A stretch of DNA of 64,000 nucleotides, taken from assembly GCA_041605715.1 (NCBI GenBank), contig JBFIXW010000002.1:5873-69872 (forward strand), read 5' to 3'. A program made the translations under genes and the position numbers. Shown here one piece after another: positions 23,402-34,512 of this stretch. The stretch comes from Paenisporosarcina sp. GTDB taxonomy: Bacteria > Bacillota > Bacilli > Bacillales_A > Planococcaceae. The first letter of the stretch is position 1, and every line of letters begins with the position of its first letter. The notes beneath the pieces were generated by a model. That model searched no databases, was not told the origin of the DNA, and saw only the letters and a program-made list of their open reading frames with translations.

Positions 23402-23920
23402 TTATTTTTCAACTTTAACGGAACGAATAATTTCCATCATCTGTTGCATGTTATCAGCGATTTTATTTTCATCTGATATTGTTGATAATTTATAACCACC
23501 ACTACTTACAATAATTTCATAATGGTCTTCACCAGATGGTAATAATGCAACAAAACCAAATCGACCGTTTTGTTCAAACGTTTGCTCTGCTAAAATCATG
23601 TCTTTCTTTTCAGCAAGCAATAAATCATAAAATAATTGACTATTTTCTTTTTCGTTTGGATTAATAAATAGCACAAATGAGTCTTGATCATTCGAAAGTA
23701 CAATATTTAATTCATCGGATTCCTCTTTTATAGCAAAGCCACCTGGAACATAGAATTGAACGGATTTTACTTGTTCATTTGGCTTAATGGATTCTCCTTG
23801 GAATACTTCTTTAGCTTCTTGAATGCCATCCTCTGTTTGATTTTCAACAGATGCTGAACATCCAACTAAACTGATCATGACGAGAGGTGCGATTAAAATC
23901 CGCAACCAACTTCGATTCAT
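23402..23920 (-). CDS. putative lipoprotein, unknown function
   Basis: MNRSWLRIL...LVGC lipobox; GGAGG RBS. Confidence 0.75.
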   Translation of the reverse strand: MNRSWLRILIAPLVMISLVGCSASVENQTEDGIQEAKEVFQGESIKPNEQVKSVQFYVPGGFAIKEESDELNIVLSNDQDSFVLFINPNEKENSQLFYDLLLAEKKDMILAEQTFEQNGRFGFVALLPSGEDHYEIIVSSGGYKLSTISDENKIADNMQQMMEIIRSVKVEK

Positions 23921-23992
23921 TTTCTTTCCTCCATTCAACTACGCAATATTTACATTTTAATATTGTTCGGCAATGGTTGCAACTTAAGCGTA

Positions 23993-24514
23993 TCAAATGG
24001 TGGATTGTGAGCATTTATATTGTCCAATCAACAAAATAAGTATATGTTCAAACATTTCTTGTCGATTTAATAAACCATTTGTAAAAACGCCGATTGCACC
24101 TTCTGAGTGACTAATTCCAGTTCGGTTGGTATACGCATCCATAACGGGACCAAGCTCTAAACCTTCCCGAATAGATTTTGCTACTTCTTCTGGCAATGGA
24201 ATTCGAGCTCCACCGGCCACAAAGAAAGTACCATCCCTTAGTGCTAATGCTCCCCAATTGCATATGTACATTTGACCGTTTACTTCATTCACGCCACCTT
24301 CAAGTCCAATTGCAAGTTGCACATCGGAGAGTTCTAGTACATGTGTTGCTCTGTTTTTTGCGCCAAGTAATGTTTCCTCGTCGCTTAAAGGTTGTTCTGA
24401 AACAAGAGAATGTGCTTTATATTCGGAAATAATAGCATCTTGAAAGTGTATATCGCATAATCGTTTAACTGCCGATGTTTTTGCTGAATTTTTCGTGCCA
24501 ATGCCAATTTTCAA
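23993..24514 (-). CDS. DUF84/YjjX family inosine/xanthosine triphosphatase
   Basis: IGTKNSAK, VSEQP, ETLLGAKNRA, IGLEGG, GAIGVFT. Confidence 0.88.
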   Translation of the reverse strand: MKIGIGTKNSAKTSAVKRLCDIHFQDAIISEYKAHSLVSEQPLSDEETLLGAKNRATHVLELSDVQLAIGLEGGVNEVNGQMYICNWGALALRDGTFFVAGGARIPLPEEVAKSIREGLELGPVMDAYTNRTGISHSEGAIGVFTNGLLNRQEMFEHILILLIGQYKCSQSTI

Positions 24515-24657
24515 CTATTTGCCTCTCCTCTGCATACAATTTGTGAGAAACTATGGAAATCATTTTGAAGACTTACTAATGCGAAATAATGAAAAAAGCT
24601 AGACTCTAAAGGCTCTCACATCCCAAAATCATTTTAGAATTTGGACAAATAAAATAT

Positions 24658-24843
24658 GTTGATTTCCATTTCGACGGTCGCTTTCCGGAGGAGGCTAACA
24701 GGATGTTGGTTTCACAGACGTTGCCACACGATGTGGCGTTCCTAGTCTGTGTTCATCTAAAAGCCGCTTCCTTCGCGAGGCTCAGTCCAGGGTCTAAAGC
24801 TCTTGCTAATCCTCTCGGAGTCGCCGTCTCCATTCCAATCAAC
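24658..24843 (+). repeat. dispersed palindromic repeat, type A with internal insert
   Basis: Ends GTTGATT/AATCAAC; carries AACAGGATGTTGGTTTCACAGACGTTGCCAC module also seen degenerate near 27852. Confidence 0.85.
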
Positions 24844-24996
24844 AGTTATTCCAGTAATTATATAGATAACCAATTTTAATTCATATTAGTTTCATACTTG
24901 ATTTTATAAAGCTCCGTACTCCAACATTGGGATGTGTTCAATGTATGACTTGGAACTTAAATGTTTTTTAACATGACGCTGAAAACTTTACTAGTA

Positions 24997-25130
24997 AAGT
25001 GGACGGCTATTTCTTAAGACTCCTGCGGAAAAACGAAATACGCCAGCCTCCTCGGGTCAGCTGTCAAACAGCTGATCCGAGGAGGCGGGCGTTTCGTCCG
25101 CGGAAAGCGAAATAAAGAGCCTTCCACCTT
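24997..25130 (+). repeat. dispersed palindromic repeat, type B
   Basis: GTGGACGGCTATTTC..AGACTCCTGCGGAAAAACGAAATACGC...CCGAGGAGGC..GCGTTTCGTCCGCGGAAAGCGAAA; close match at 28051-28189. Confidence 0.85.
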
Positions 25131-25223
25131 CTATTTCTGTAAAGGATAAAAGTTTAAAAAAATTTTAAGATGATACCCTTATTCTTTTATTTACAGTTTA
25201 AAAGGAGCCCTTTCAGGCTCCTT

Positions 25224-26297
25224 TTAAACATTTTGATGAATGGTTTCTAATGTAGTACGATCCGCAGATTTAACCAATTTAATAATTAGCTCTTTTGCAG
25301 CAGCATAATCGTCTGTATGAATGATAGAACCAGACGTATGAATATATCTTGAACATATACCAACTACTGCACTTGGAACACCTTCATTTGACATATGAAC
25401 TCTACCTGCATCTGTTCCACCTTGAGAAATGAAGTACTGATAAGGAATATTGTTAGACTCAGCAGTATCTAACACAAACTCTCGCATCCCACGGTGAGTA
25501 ATCATGGATTTATCAAAAATACGTAATAGTGTACCTTTACCAAGTTGACCAAATTCAGATTTCGATCCAGACATATCGTTAGCTGGACTAGCATCTAAAG
25601 CGAAGAATAAATCCGGATTAATCATATTTGCTGCCGCTTGTGCGCCACGAAGACCTACCTCTTCCATTACATTCGCTCCGGAATATAAAGTGTTTGGTAA
25701 AGTTTCATCTTTTAATTCTTTTAATAATTCAATCGCAAGTCCACAACCATAACGGTTGTCCCATGCCTTGGCTAAAATTTTCTTCTCATTCGCCATTGGG
25801 GTAAACGAACATACCGGTACAATTTGTTGTCCTGGTCGAATACCGATTTTCTTCGCATCTGATTGATCGTCTGCACCAATATCAATTAACATATTTTTAA
25901 TATCCATTGGTTTGTTACGCATTTCATCACTTAACAAGTGAGGAGGAATAGAACCTATAACACCTACTACTGGCCCATTGTCAGTAATAATTTCAACTCT
26001 TTGTGCTAATAAAACTTGACTCCACCAGCCACCTAGAGGTTGAAAACGAATCATTCCGTTCTCCGTAATTTGTGTCACCATAAATCCAACTTCATCCATA
26101 TGACCTGCCACCATAATTCTCGGTCCTTGGTCATCGCCTTTTTTTACGCCGAAAATTCCGCCAAGGCGATCTTGAATGATTTCATCCGAATATTTTTCAA
26201 GTTCACTTTTCATAAACTTTCTCATTGCATGCTCATTTCCAGGAGCCCCCGGAAGTTCTGTTAGTGTTTTAAATAATTGAAGGGTTTCTGTATTCAC
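25224..26297 (-). CDS. ytoP: M42 family aminopeptidase
   Basis: [34 protein letters not shown]. Confidence 0.93.
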   Translation of the reverse strand: MNTETLQLFKTLTELPGAPGNEHAMRKFMKSELEKYSDEIIQDRLGGIFGVKKGDDQGPRIMVAGHMDEVGFMVTQITENGMIRFQPLGGWWSQVLLAQRVEIITDNGPVVGVIGSIPPHLLSDEMRNKPMDIKNMLIDIGADDQSDAKKIGIRPGQQIVPVCSFTPMANEKKILAKAWDNRYGCGLAIELLKELKDETLPNTLYSGANVMEEVGLRGAQAAANMINPDLFFALDASPANDMSGSKSEFGQLGKGTLLRIFDKSMITHRGMREFVLDTAESNNIPYQYFISQGGTDAGRVHMSNEGVPSAVVGICSRYIHTSGSIIHTDDYAAAKELIIKLVKSADRTTLETIHQNV

Positions 26298-26464
26298 TTT
26301 TATATCCTCCTCATTATGTACATTCTTTAATATTGTAGTCGACTTGACAAAGTATTTCCACCCCCATCTTTCGCTTTCCGAATTATTTAACGCATCATTT
26401 TACAGAGTGATTTCGCGTATCTTATGGTAAACTGTTACTACAATTTGCATAGGGGGCTGGTCAA

Positions 26465-26779
26465 TTGAAAACACGTGACTTATTCATAGGATTCACCACT
26501 GGAATTGCTGCGGGTTTATTAATCCGCGAAGTTGCAAAACGTATTGAACCGTTGAAACCAGCAGAACTTGTACTTCACGGGGTGAAACAGTCATTTAAGA
26601 AAGAAGGTCCGATCGACGGTTCCTGGATTTATATGAAGACTGAAGGTTTCAATCGCCAAGGAATTTCCACTGATGTGTATCGCGGGGGAATTTCACGCGT
26701 TAGCGAAGGCGAGATGGAGCAATTTGAATTTTTTGCAGATGCTCGAACAGGAACGATTGTAGAATTAGTTAAAATGTAA
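26465..26779 (+). CDS. ytzB: PepSY-domain small protein
   Basis: N-terminal hydrophobic segment, GPIDGSWI, VYRGGISR, FFADARTGTI; divergent from ytoP as in Bacillus. Confidence 0.8.
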   Translation: MKTRDLFIGFTTGIAAGLLIREVAKRIEPLKPAELVLHGVKQSFKKEGPIDGSWIYMKTEGFNRQGISTDVYRGGISRVSEGEMEQFEFFADARTGTIVELVKM

Positions 26780-26831
26780 TGAAAAGCGATCCCCATTTCT
26801 TAGGGATCGCTTTTATTTATATCCATTAACT

Positions 26832-27680
26832 TTAACGATTAGTACGCTCTAATTTTTCAATAATTTCTTTACCTGATACATCCCATTTTATTAAACGATA
26901 GAAAGCATCATGATAGAAAATAAAACCATGACCATTGGCAAGTGCTTCTGCCATAATTTTTTCTTTTGCATAAATAGAGGACATTGGGTAATCATCAAAA
27001 GCCAGCACCCATAAAGGGTTTTGATGAGCATGTGTCGGCATAATATCCGCCATATGAATTAAGGTTTCATCGTGTTGAGTAAGTTTAATAATACTATGCC
27101 CTGCACTATGACCACCTGTATGGATCATTTTGATTCCTGGTATTACTTCTACTTCTTCATCAAATATCTTAACTTGATGTTGAATGGACTCCCAATTTTC
27201 TTTCCAATATGTATTTTTCGACCGAATATTCGGATGACGAACTTCTTCCCACTCGATTGCAGACATCATAATTTCTGCATTGGGAAACGTGGACATTAAC
27301 TGCTCGTTTTCAATTTTTGTTAGACCCGACGCATGATCAGCATGCATATGTGTCATTAAAACAAAATGAATATCCTCTGTAAGTAAGCCAATTTCTGCTA
27401 ATGAATCTTCTAAGTGCGACTGCATAATGACTCCATTATTTCTTAACTGTCTCTCAGTCATCTTGTTAAATCCAACTCCTGAATCTATCAACACGTTTTT
27501 GCCTTTATACTGGATGAGAATTGGATCCGTACTAAGGTCTATTTGGTTTAATTCATTAACAGGGTACTTTTTTGACCATAGCGGCTTAGGGACTACACCA
27601 AACATCGCTCCACCATCCAAGTTTGTAAAGCCACCTTGTAGCCATGTTAATTTCATTTGATGAAATGTATATTGATCCAT
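26832..27680 (-). CDS. ytnP: YtnP family metallo-beta-lactamase-fold hydrolase (putative quorum-quenching lactonase)
   Basis: LDGGAMFGVVPKPLW, THMHADH (HxHxDH), HTGGHS; start refined to ATG 27680. Confidence 0.9.
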   Translation of the reverse strand: MDQYTFHQMKLTWLQGGFTNLDGGAMFGVVPKPLWSKKYPVNELNQIDLSTDPILIQYKGKNVLIDSGVGFNKMTERQLRNNGVIMQSHLEDSLAEIGLLTEDIHFVLMTHMHADHASGLTKIENEQLMSTFPNAEIMMSAIEWEEVRHPNIRSKNTYWKENWESIQHQVKIFDEEVEVIPGIKMIHTGGHSAGHSIIKLTQHDETLIHMADIMPTHAHQNPLWVLAFDDYPMSSIYAKEKIMAEALANGHGFIFYHDAFYRLIKWDVSGKEIIEKLERTNR

Positions 27681-27815
27681 ATGTGCAATTCCACCTTTTT
27701 TAAATTTAGAAATACTAAGCAATTCCGTCTTTTACATTCTACCGCTTACTTTTAAATGAGTATATCAATAAAGCCTCTGAAACAGAGTATTTAGATTGTA
27801 GAAAAATAAAAGTAC

Positions 27816-27957
27816 TGATCTCCATTTCGAAGTACGCTTTCAGCGGAGTTCAACAGGACATTGGTTTCAAAGACGTTGCCACGTGAAGTGGTGTTTTTGG
27901 TATTTGTCCTTCAGGCTTAAGTTCGTGCTGATTCCGCTGGAGTCGAAGTCTCCATTT
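27816..27957 (+). repeat. dispersed palindromic repeat, degenerate type A
   Basis: CGCTTTCAGCGG...GTTCGTGCTGATTCCGCTGGAGTCG..GTCTCCATT; 3' part matches 51350-51385. Confidence 0.75.
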
Positions 27958-28050
27958 TATATAATTAAAGTCTCTGTAAATATGATTTATAAATCTTCAA
28001 TTCTCTTCATATTTCTTGCATTTCTAAACATTTTTTCACTATTTAACAAG

Positions 28051-28189
28051 AAAGTGGTCGGCTATTTCTGGAGACTCCTGCGGAAAAACGAAATACGCTA
28101 GACCCCACATACTCAAATGTCAGCGACAGATGAGCCGAGGAGGCTTGCGTTTCGTCCGCAAAAAGCGAAAGAAATAGCCGACCACATTT
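28051..28189 (+). repeat. dispersed palindromic repeat, type B
   Basis: Inverted ends GTGGTCGGCTATTTC / GAAATAGCCGACCAC; matches 24997-25130. Confidence 0.85.
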
Positions 28190-28254
28190 TTGATCGTTCA
28201 ATTTTTATATAAGAAGTGATTTTAGATGTTTTCATACAATCTGATGAGACTGTA

Positions 28255-28911
28255 TCAGAGACTTTCCTTTTTAACAAATTGTGATTCTAAGCGATAAATC
28301 GGTTGCCCTTTAGCAGAAAACTTTTCTTCATACTCAGTCATTACATTGCCTTCAGGGGAATTTGCATGAAGATCTAATGACACATCTTTTAGCAACATGC
28401 CGTATGAGGACATGCTTAGAAGTGAAAATTCAAACAAACCACGATTGTCAGTTTTAAAGTGTATTTCACCAAAATCCACTAAAATAGATTCATAAAGTTT
28501 TAAGAAATCTTCATGTGTTAGTCTTCTTTTTGCATGGCGAGTTTTTGGCCAAGGATCAGAGAAATTTAAATAAACTTGTTTCACGTCGTTCTTTTGGAAA
28601 TACTTATGCAAGTCTGCTCCATTTACTTTCAATAATCTTAAATTTGGAATGTCTCCCGCTTCTAAGATTGTTTCAACTGCGCAAACTATAACACTATCAT
28701 ACAACTCGATACCAATATAATTGATGTCAGGATTGGCTAGAGCCATTCCGGTAACAAATTGTCCTTTTCCTGTACCTACTTCTATATGAAGGGGATGATC
28801 GTTCCCAAATACTTCGTGCCATTTACCTTTATGATCTTCTGGTTTTGCAATGACTATTTTTGGATGAGCTGCAATAAAATCTTCTGCCCATGGTTTATGA
28901 CGTAATCTCAT
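28255..28911 (-). CDS. trmB: tRNA (guanosine(46)-N7)-methyltransferase
   Basis: [39 protein letters not shown]. Confidence 0.97.
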   Translation of the reverse strand: MRLRHKPWAEDFIAAHPKIVIAKPEDHKGKWHEVFGNDHPLHIEVGTGKGQFVTGMALANPDINYIGIELYDSVIVCAVETILEAGDIPNLRLLKVNGADLHKYFQKNDVKQVYLNFSDPWPKTRHAKRRLTHEDFLKLYESILVDFGEIHFKTDNRGLFEFSLLSMSSYGMLLKDVSLDLHANSPEGNVMTEYEEKFSAKGQPIYRLESQFVKKESL

Positions 28912-28993
28912 TTGATACCTTCCTACTTTCGTTATTACATTTATATATGACAATCCATTATTACGAATCTAGTCAATTTCGTCAAGTTGAGAA

Positions 28994-29911
28994 TTATTTT
29001 ACTAGTCGCCACTTCCCTTCTTGTACATTAAATTCATCCTTAACAAATGGATCGGTTAGACCAGCAAATTCTCCATCCGTATGACGGTAGACTGATGTAT
29101 CTGTCGATAAGATGAATGAAGGAGACTGAATTTGATAAACCTCTTTAAAATTCGTGTGTTTTCCGAAAAATACAGTAGCAAACACCACTAATAATTTTAA
29201 TCTTGAAAGGTCATGAACAACTGTTAACTCTAACAAACCGTCACTAGGATTAGATTCTGGAGAGATTTTCATTCCACCGCCAAAATAAGGCTGATTGCTT
29301 ACAGTAGCAAACCACACATTTTCAAATTTAAGTTGATCCGATATTGTTGAAATTGAAAGGTTGAATCTCTTAAACGTAAGTAGTGTGTTGATTAAAAAAT
29401 ATGTATACGTTAATTTACCAAGTCCAAATTGGTTTAGCCATTTCTTAAAAGGAGATTGATTTACTTTGAACGCCACAAAAGCATCAAACCCTACTCCTGC
29501 ATTGTTAACGAAATAATAAGGTTGATGCACAGTTTGGATGATCCCAATATCCATCATTTCATGGTTATTCTCTGACCTAACATATTCATTAATTTCAACT
29601 GGTGTTTTAAAAGCAACATAACCGCGACCGAAATCATTTCCGGATCCCGCCCCTACAACTCCCACAATCGAAAAATCAGAATCCAATAACCCTTCGATTA
29701 CTTCATGAACGGTACCATCTCCACCAAAAGCAATGATTAAATGGTACTTTTTATTATCTTTCGAAATATCTGTAGCTATTGCAGTTGCATCTTTTGCAGC
29801 CCTAGTCAGGAAAAACTCATATGGAAAGTCTAATCCTTCTTTAAAAGTCTGCCATTTCCGTTCCGCCTTGCCGTTTCCAGCAAGGGGATTAATAATAAAA
29901 GTTACTTTCAT
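28994..29911 (-). CDS. diacylglycerol/lipid kinase family protein (YtlR-like)
   Basis: IINPLAG, GGDGTVHEV, GSGNDF, YFGGG, DGE. Confidence 0.9.
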   Translation of the reverse strand: MKVTFIINPLAGNGKAERKWQTFKEGLDFPYEFFLTRAAKDATAIATDISKDNKKYHLIIAFGGDGTVHEVIEGLLDSDFSIVGVVGAGSGNDFGRGYVAFKTPVEINEYVRSENNHEMMDIGIIQTVHQPYYFVNNAGVGFDAFVAFKVNQSPFKKWLNQFGLGKLTYTYFLINTLLTFKRFNLSISTISDQLKFENVWFATVSNQPYFGGGMKISPESNPSDGLLELTVVHDLSRLKLLVVFATVFFGKHTNFKEVYQIQSPSFILSTDTSVYRHTDGEFAGLTDPFVKDEFNVQEGKWRLVK

Positions 29912-30876
29912 GATGGATCTTCCTCAACATCTACTTCCCAACCAACACGATGGTAGGATGTGGTTTGAACCATCCCCAATACCGCTTGAGCTGCTTTTAG
30001 TTGCATATGTTTCATTGGCGAATTTGTACTTTTCAGTTGCGTAAACCACTCTGGAAACTTTCGTTTGTCAATAAAATGAAAACCATATGTTGAGCCTGGA
30101 AAATCGATATAGCCATTTCGAGAAACAATCATTTTTCTAATTGGTAGTTCAATATCTTCTCGCTTAAATATTTGTGTTAGTATCGTTTCCATGCGATTAA
30201 GACCTATGGTTGGATTCAAAAATTTCTTTTCAGTTTTCCCCACTTTTTTTAACCAAAAGCGATCACCACTACCAATGAACGCAGCCATATTTTCTTCCTC
30301 CAGCACTTTAATACATAAAGCTTCAGTAGGTGTTAATAACAAGATATCCAACTCTAAGGGAGCATTTTTTAATTGTAAAATCGGATAGTAAAATAATAAA
30401 TAATTATCAGGTAGTTTTTGCGTTAATTGCCTTAATAGGCTATCACGTAAGTACTTAGGATCTACATGGGATTTTTCAAGAAGTGTTGAGCTTGCCCACT
30501 TTAATTGAAAATGAAAAAGTTGATCCAAATACATACGCTTTAAGTCTTCTAGGTTTTGTGGGGTATACACAATATTAGGTTCAAAATTAAACCCACTAAT
30601 ATCTTTTACATCTTGTATATCTAAGTTAGACGTATCTTCTTCCCAAGCTAATTCCTGTTCTTTCTTCTTATCAAATATTCGCTTGAACCAACCCTTTGTT
30701 TCGAACGTCTCAACTTCTTCCTCGTGTTCCCAGTGAGGAACTTCCGCACCGGTTTCCCATTCGGTCTTCATGCGTTCCCACTGAATTTTTTTAAGTCTCA
30801 CAAATTGGGTTGGGTATCTTTTCAAATCTCGTTGATAACGTGATATATAATCTTGAAGTTTTACGAGTTGCGCCAT
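29908..30876 (-). CDS. NERD/nuclease-related domain protein (YtlQ-like)
   Basis: MAQLVKLQDYISRY N-terminus, ELDILLL motif, position between ytlP- and ytlR-like genes. Confidence 0.8.
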   Translation of the reverse strand: MAQLVKLQDYISRYQRDLKRYPTQFVRLKKIQWERMKTEWETGAEVPHWEHEEEVETFETKGWFKRIFDKKKEQELAWEEDTSNLDIQDVKDISGFNFEPNIVYTPQNLEDLKRMYLDQLFHFQLKWASSTLLEKSHVDPKYLRDSLLRQLTQKLPDNYLLFYYPILQLKNAPLELDILLLTPTEALCIKVLEEENMAAFIGSGDRFWLKKVGKTEKKFLNPTIGLNRMETILTQIFKREDIELPIRKMIVSRNGYIDFPGSTYGFHFIDKRKFPEWFTQLKSTNSPMKHMQLKAAQAVLGMVQTTSYHRVGWEVDVEEDPS

Positions 30877-30879
30877 AAT

Positions 30880-31428
30880 TTATCTATCTCCTAGTTGAAA
30901 AGTGGCAATCGGTTTGTATTTTGGACTTTGATTTGGACGAATTTCAAATAATGAAAACTCTCCGACAGGAAAAGATATCTGATTATTAAACGAAATAATG
31001 TTTTGCATCTGTCCGAAACCGCTCCATTTTTTCGCTAACGTGATATGAGGTACAAAAGGTTTTTTATCTAACAGGAGTCCTTTTTGAAAAGCCCCTTTTG
31101 ATAAATCTGTTTGTAATGAATGTAACTCCTGCTTTTCTCCAATTTTTGCGTAAACTACTCGGGGCATTTTTTCATTGCCAAAGACCCGCACAGATGGAGA
31201 ATGAATCTCGAACGGGTTATGGCATTTTGATGCACATTCCATATATTTGATAAATTCATTCATTTGATGAGGGTTAACTGCCCCTAAATACATCAAAGTA
31301 ATGTGCATATCTTCTGAAGCCACCACTATTTTATGTGTTTTCTTTAATTCCATTTCATGCGCTGCTTTTATTAATGTACATGCCTGTTGTTTAGGCACTG
31401 ATATTCCAACAAAATAATGCTGATTCAT
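30880..31428 (-). CDS. thpR: RNA 2',3'-cyclic phosphodiesterase (2H family)
   Basis: Two HxT motifs (HITL, PHITLA). Confidence 0.9.
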   Translation of the reverse strand: MNQHYFVGISVPKQQACTLIKAAHEMELKKTHKIVVASEDMHITLMYLGAVNPHQMNEFIKYMECASKCHNPFEIHSPSVRVFGNEKMPRVVYAKIGEKQELHSLQTDLSKGAFQKGLLLDKKPFVPHITLAKKWSGFGQMQNIISFNNQISFPVGEFSLFEIRPNQSPKYKPIATFQLGDR

Positions 31429-31525
31429 GAGCTTGTCACCACCAGTCTTAGTACCATTAGTTTACAGTAGCTTTTAATAAAAAAACAGTATATAAAAACA
31501 TCCCTCTAAAAAGAGGGATGCCTTA

Positions 31526-32377
31526 TTAAGCAAGAACTGCTTTATTTATTTTCGCTTCAAATGCAACTTGTAATTTGGTTGTCCAACTTCCAGGTAATCC
31601 TGATGCTATTGGTTTTTGATCAATCATAATAATCGGTAGTATTTCTGCTGTCGTTGAAGACATGAAAAATTCTTCATGGTCATATAAATTCGTTATTGAC
31701 ATCGCTTCTTCAACCACTGGTAAACCAATTTCTTCGCAGCATTCTAGAATCACTCGTCTGGTAATACCATTTAATATGTAGTTTGTTGCTGGATGCGTAT
31801 AGAGAACGCCGCCACGTATGCCATACATATTAGAAGATGACCCTTCTGTAATTACATCTCCTCGATGTAATACTGCTTCAAAACAACCGTCATCATGCGC
31901 TTCCTGCTTAGCAAGTACATTTCCAAGTAGGTTTAAACTCTTAATATCGCAGCGTAACCACCTTACATCTTCAACTGTTTTAGCGGAAACACCATTTGCC
32001 ATTTGTGTAACTGGACGCGCCACTTCTTTTGTATAAGCTGTAATGACACATTCCACTGAAGGTGAAGGGAATTGATGTTGTCTAGCAGATACACCACGAG
32101 TTACTTGAACATACACTTGTCCCGTAACAACCTCATTCGCTTCAATCAAGTCATACATCATTTTGTGGAATACATCTTTTGTATGTGGAATGATCAGTCT
32201 AATTTTGTCCGCACTTTCATATAACCGATCAATATGTTCTTTTGCAGTATACATGGAACCATCATATACACGAATGACTTCATAAATTCCGTCACCAAAT
32301 TGATAGCCACGATCTTCTTTCGAAATATTGATTTCTTCTTCATTTATTAATTGGTTGTTCCATAAAATGATTGACAT
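31526..32377 (-). CDS. dat: D-amino-acid transaminase
   Basis: DRGYQFGDGIYEV, RCDIKSLNLL (PLP Lys), TEGSSSN, ILNGITR. Confidence 0.95.
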   Translation of the reverse strand: MSIILWNNQLINEEEINISKEDRGYQFGDGIYEVIRVYDGSMYTAKEHIDRLYESADKIRLIIPHTKDVFHKMMYDLIEANEVVTGQVYVQVTRGVSARQHQFPSPSVECVITAYTKEVARPVTQMANGVSAKTVEDVRWLRCDIKSLNLLGNVLAKQEAHDDGCFEAVLHRGDVITEGSSSNMYGIRGGVLYTHPATNYILNGITRRVILECCEEIGLPVVEEAMSITNLYDHEEFFMSSTTAEILPIIMIDQKPIASGLPGSWTTKLQVAFEAKINKAVLA

Positions 32378-32499
32378 GCTAAATCCTTCTTTCGTGTATT
32401 ACTCTAATTTTTGAGGTTATTTTGTTAATTCCAATAAATAATGTAGCTTTATAGATTCACAAACGAAATAGATTCTCACATTTTTCGTGTATCATAGCT

Positions 32500-33888
32500 T
32501 TATTTTTTAGCAGCTAATTCACAAATTGCATCCGCATAAATCGCTGCAGATTTTATGAGGTTTTGAATATCTACAAATTCATCAAGTTGATGAGCAACAT
32601 CTTTTTCTCCAGGGAATAACATCCCAAATGCCACACCTTTTTCTAACACTCTTGCATAAGTTCCACCACCAATAGCTAGCAATGCAGCGGGTTCACCCGT
32701 TTGACGTTCATATACTTTCTTTAAGCTTTGAATTAACTCGTCCGACTCCTCCACGTAATGAGGTTTTGAGTTGGACAGTACATCTACGGCGATTCCTTGT
32801 TCATTGACAGCTGTTTGGCAATGTGTCAATTTCTCTTCAAATGTATAACTTACCGAATAGCGTAGGCTAACATCAATAGTACCCATTTTCCCATCAAAAG
32901 CGATGACACCTGCATTTAGCGTAGTATCACCCGACATTTCGTCGGTAAATGCTAATCCAATGGCATGTCCTCTCGAATCTTTCCAAAAAGAATTTACTAG
33001 AAAATCGATAAATTTCTTTGAACCCGATGTTGTTACATATTCTGCAAGGAACTTCGCAAGATATATCGCGGCATTCACACCATCATCAGGTTCCATGGCA
33101 TGTGCTGATTTACCTTCTAGCGAAAAGTGCCACTCGTTATGCTTAGATGTGACAGATCCTTTGACTTTATTGGTAAGCAAAAACTGCTCAAATGTTTTAC
33201 CTAAGTTTGGATCATCATGTATGAATACGGCTTCTGCAAAATCAGGAACCATATTCGTTCGCTTCCCTGATGCAAACGATTGAATTTCCTCGTTCGTGTT
33301 ATCGGTCTGGAATGAAAAACGGAGAGTTGAAATCCCTTTTTCAGCATTAATAATTGGAAAATCCGCATCCGGAGCAAAGCCAATAGTTGGCATGACTTCT
33401 TTTTGGAAGTATCGCTCCACACAGCGGAATCCACTTTCTTCATCCGTCCCAATGATTAACCGTACACGTTTGTCTAACTGAATACCGGCATCCTTCACCA
33501 TTTTCATAGCCATCCATGCAGCCATTGTTGGACCTTTATCATCAATTGATCCTCGACCAAATAGTTTATTCCCTACTACTGTTCCTTCAAATGGTGGGTA
33601 TGTCCAGCCATTTCCTGCAGGAACCACATCTACATGACCCAAAATGCCAAGAATTTCTTCTCCCTCACCCATTTCGATATGTCCAGCCATATGGTCTACA
33701 TCTTTAACGATCATTCCTTCTTTTTCACCTTTATCAAGTAACCATTTTAAAGCCCGATATGGTTCAGGTCCAAATGGATAATCTTCATTAGCTAATGACT
33801 CATCCAACACACTTGGTATTTGTATGAGTTGTTGTAGGTCTAAAATTAATTCATCTTGTCGATTTTGTGCTTCTTTCATCCAATCCAT
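32500..33888 (-). CDS. pepV: M20 dipeptidase PepV
   Basis: GHVDVVP, GRGSIDDKGP, GTDEESG, GGGTYAR. Confidence 0.93.
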   Translation of the reverse strand: MDWMKEAQNRQDELILDLQQLIQIPSVLDESLANEDYPFGPEPYRALKWLLDKGEKEGMIVKDVDHMAGHIEMGEGEEILGILGHVDVVPAGNGWTYPPFEGTVVGNKLFGRGSIDDKGPTMAAWMAMKMVKDAGIQLDKRVRLIIGTDEESGFRCVERYFQKEVMPTIGFAPDADFPIINAEKGISTLRFSFQTDNTNEEIQSFASGKRTNMVPDFAEAVFIHDDPNLGKTFEQFLLTNKVKGSVTSKHNEWHFSLEGKSAHAMEPDDGVNAAIYLAKFLAEYVTTSGSKKFIDFLVNSFWKDSRGHAIGLAFTDEMSGDTTLNAGVIAFDGKMGTIDVSLRYSVSYTFEEKLTHCQTAVNEQGIAVDVLSNSKPHYVEESDELIQSLKKVYERQTGEPAALLAIGGGTYARVLEKGVAFGMLFPGEKDVAHQLDEFVDIQNLIKSAAIYADAICELAAKK

Positions 33889-34224
33889 TCGAAAAAACCA
33901 CCCTCCATATTACTTAAAGCTATTCTACACTTTTCTCTAAAAATTAGTAGTAGAAATTCAATAAAGCGAATGATAATCACAAATTTGATCGTATCGTTCG
34001 GTCATTTTGGTAATGTTTATGTAAAGATTTCGTTAAATTTAGAGATATTTATAGAGAAAATAGTGATAATCCGTTATAATTGAATTGTCAGATAACCATT
34101 TGACGAACAATATAGAAAAGGGGATGTCTAAGACAAGTTACTTAAACACCTGTTTCTATTAGAAACTTCATGTCGTCCGCTAGTCTTTGCCAAGAGAACA
34201 TAAGATGAAGGAGTGGTTCTACAA

Positions 34225-34446
34225 ATGAAACCAACTACTGATCGGATGCTCAATCGAATTAAAGATGTGTATATGTACATTCTAGATCATGGAATTGTTA
34301 CGACACAAGATCTTGTCGATGAATTCGGCATCACTCCTCGCACCGTTCAAAGAGATTTGAACGTGTTAGCCTTTAATGACTTAATTAGCAGCCCAAGTCG
34401 AGGCAGATGGACAACGACGAGTAAGCGAGTAAGAATGACATCTTAG
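34225..34446 (+). CDS. ytzE: small DeoR-type HTH regulator (YtzE-like)
   Basis: MKPTTDRML, LVDEFGITPRTVQRDL HTH; AAGGAG RBS. Confidence 0.85.
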   Translation: MKPTTDRMLNRIKDVYMYILDHGIVTTQDLVDEFGITPRTVQRDLNVLAFNDLISSPSRGRWTTTSKRVRMTS

Positions 34447-34512
34447 AAATCCTGTATAAAAAACACAGCTTGCACTCATTATTACGAGTGTAAGCTGTGT
34501 TTTTGTGATTAT

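Noticed and set aside
27883-28101. 72-aa ORF between ytnP and trmB
   Set aside because: Spans two repeat elements; no coding signal
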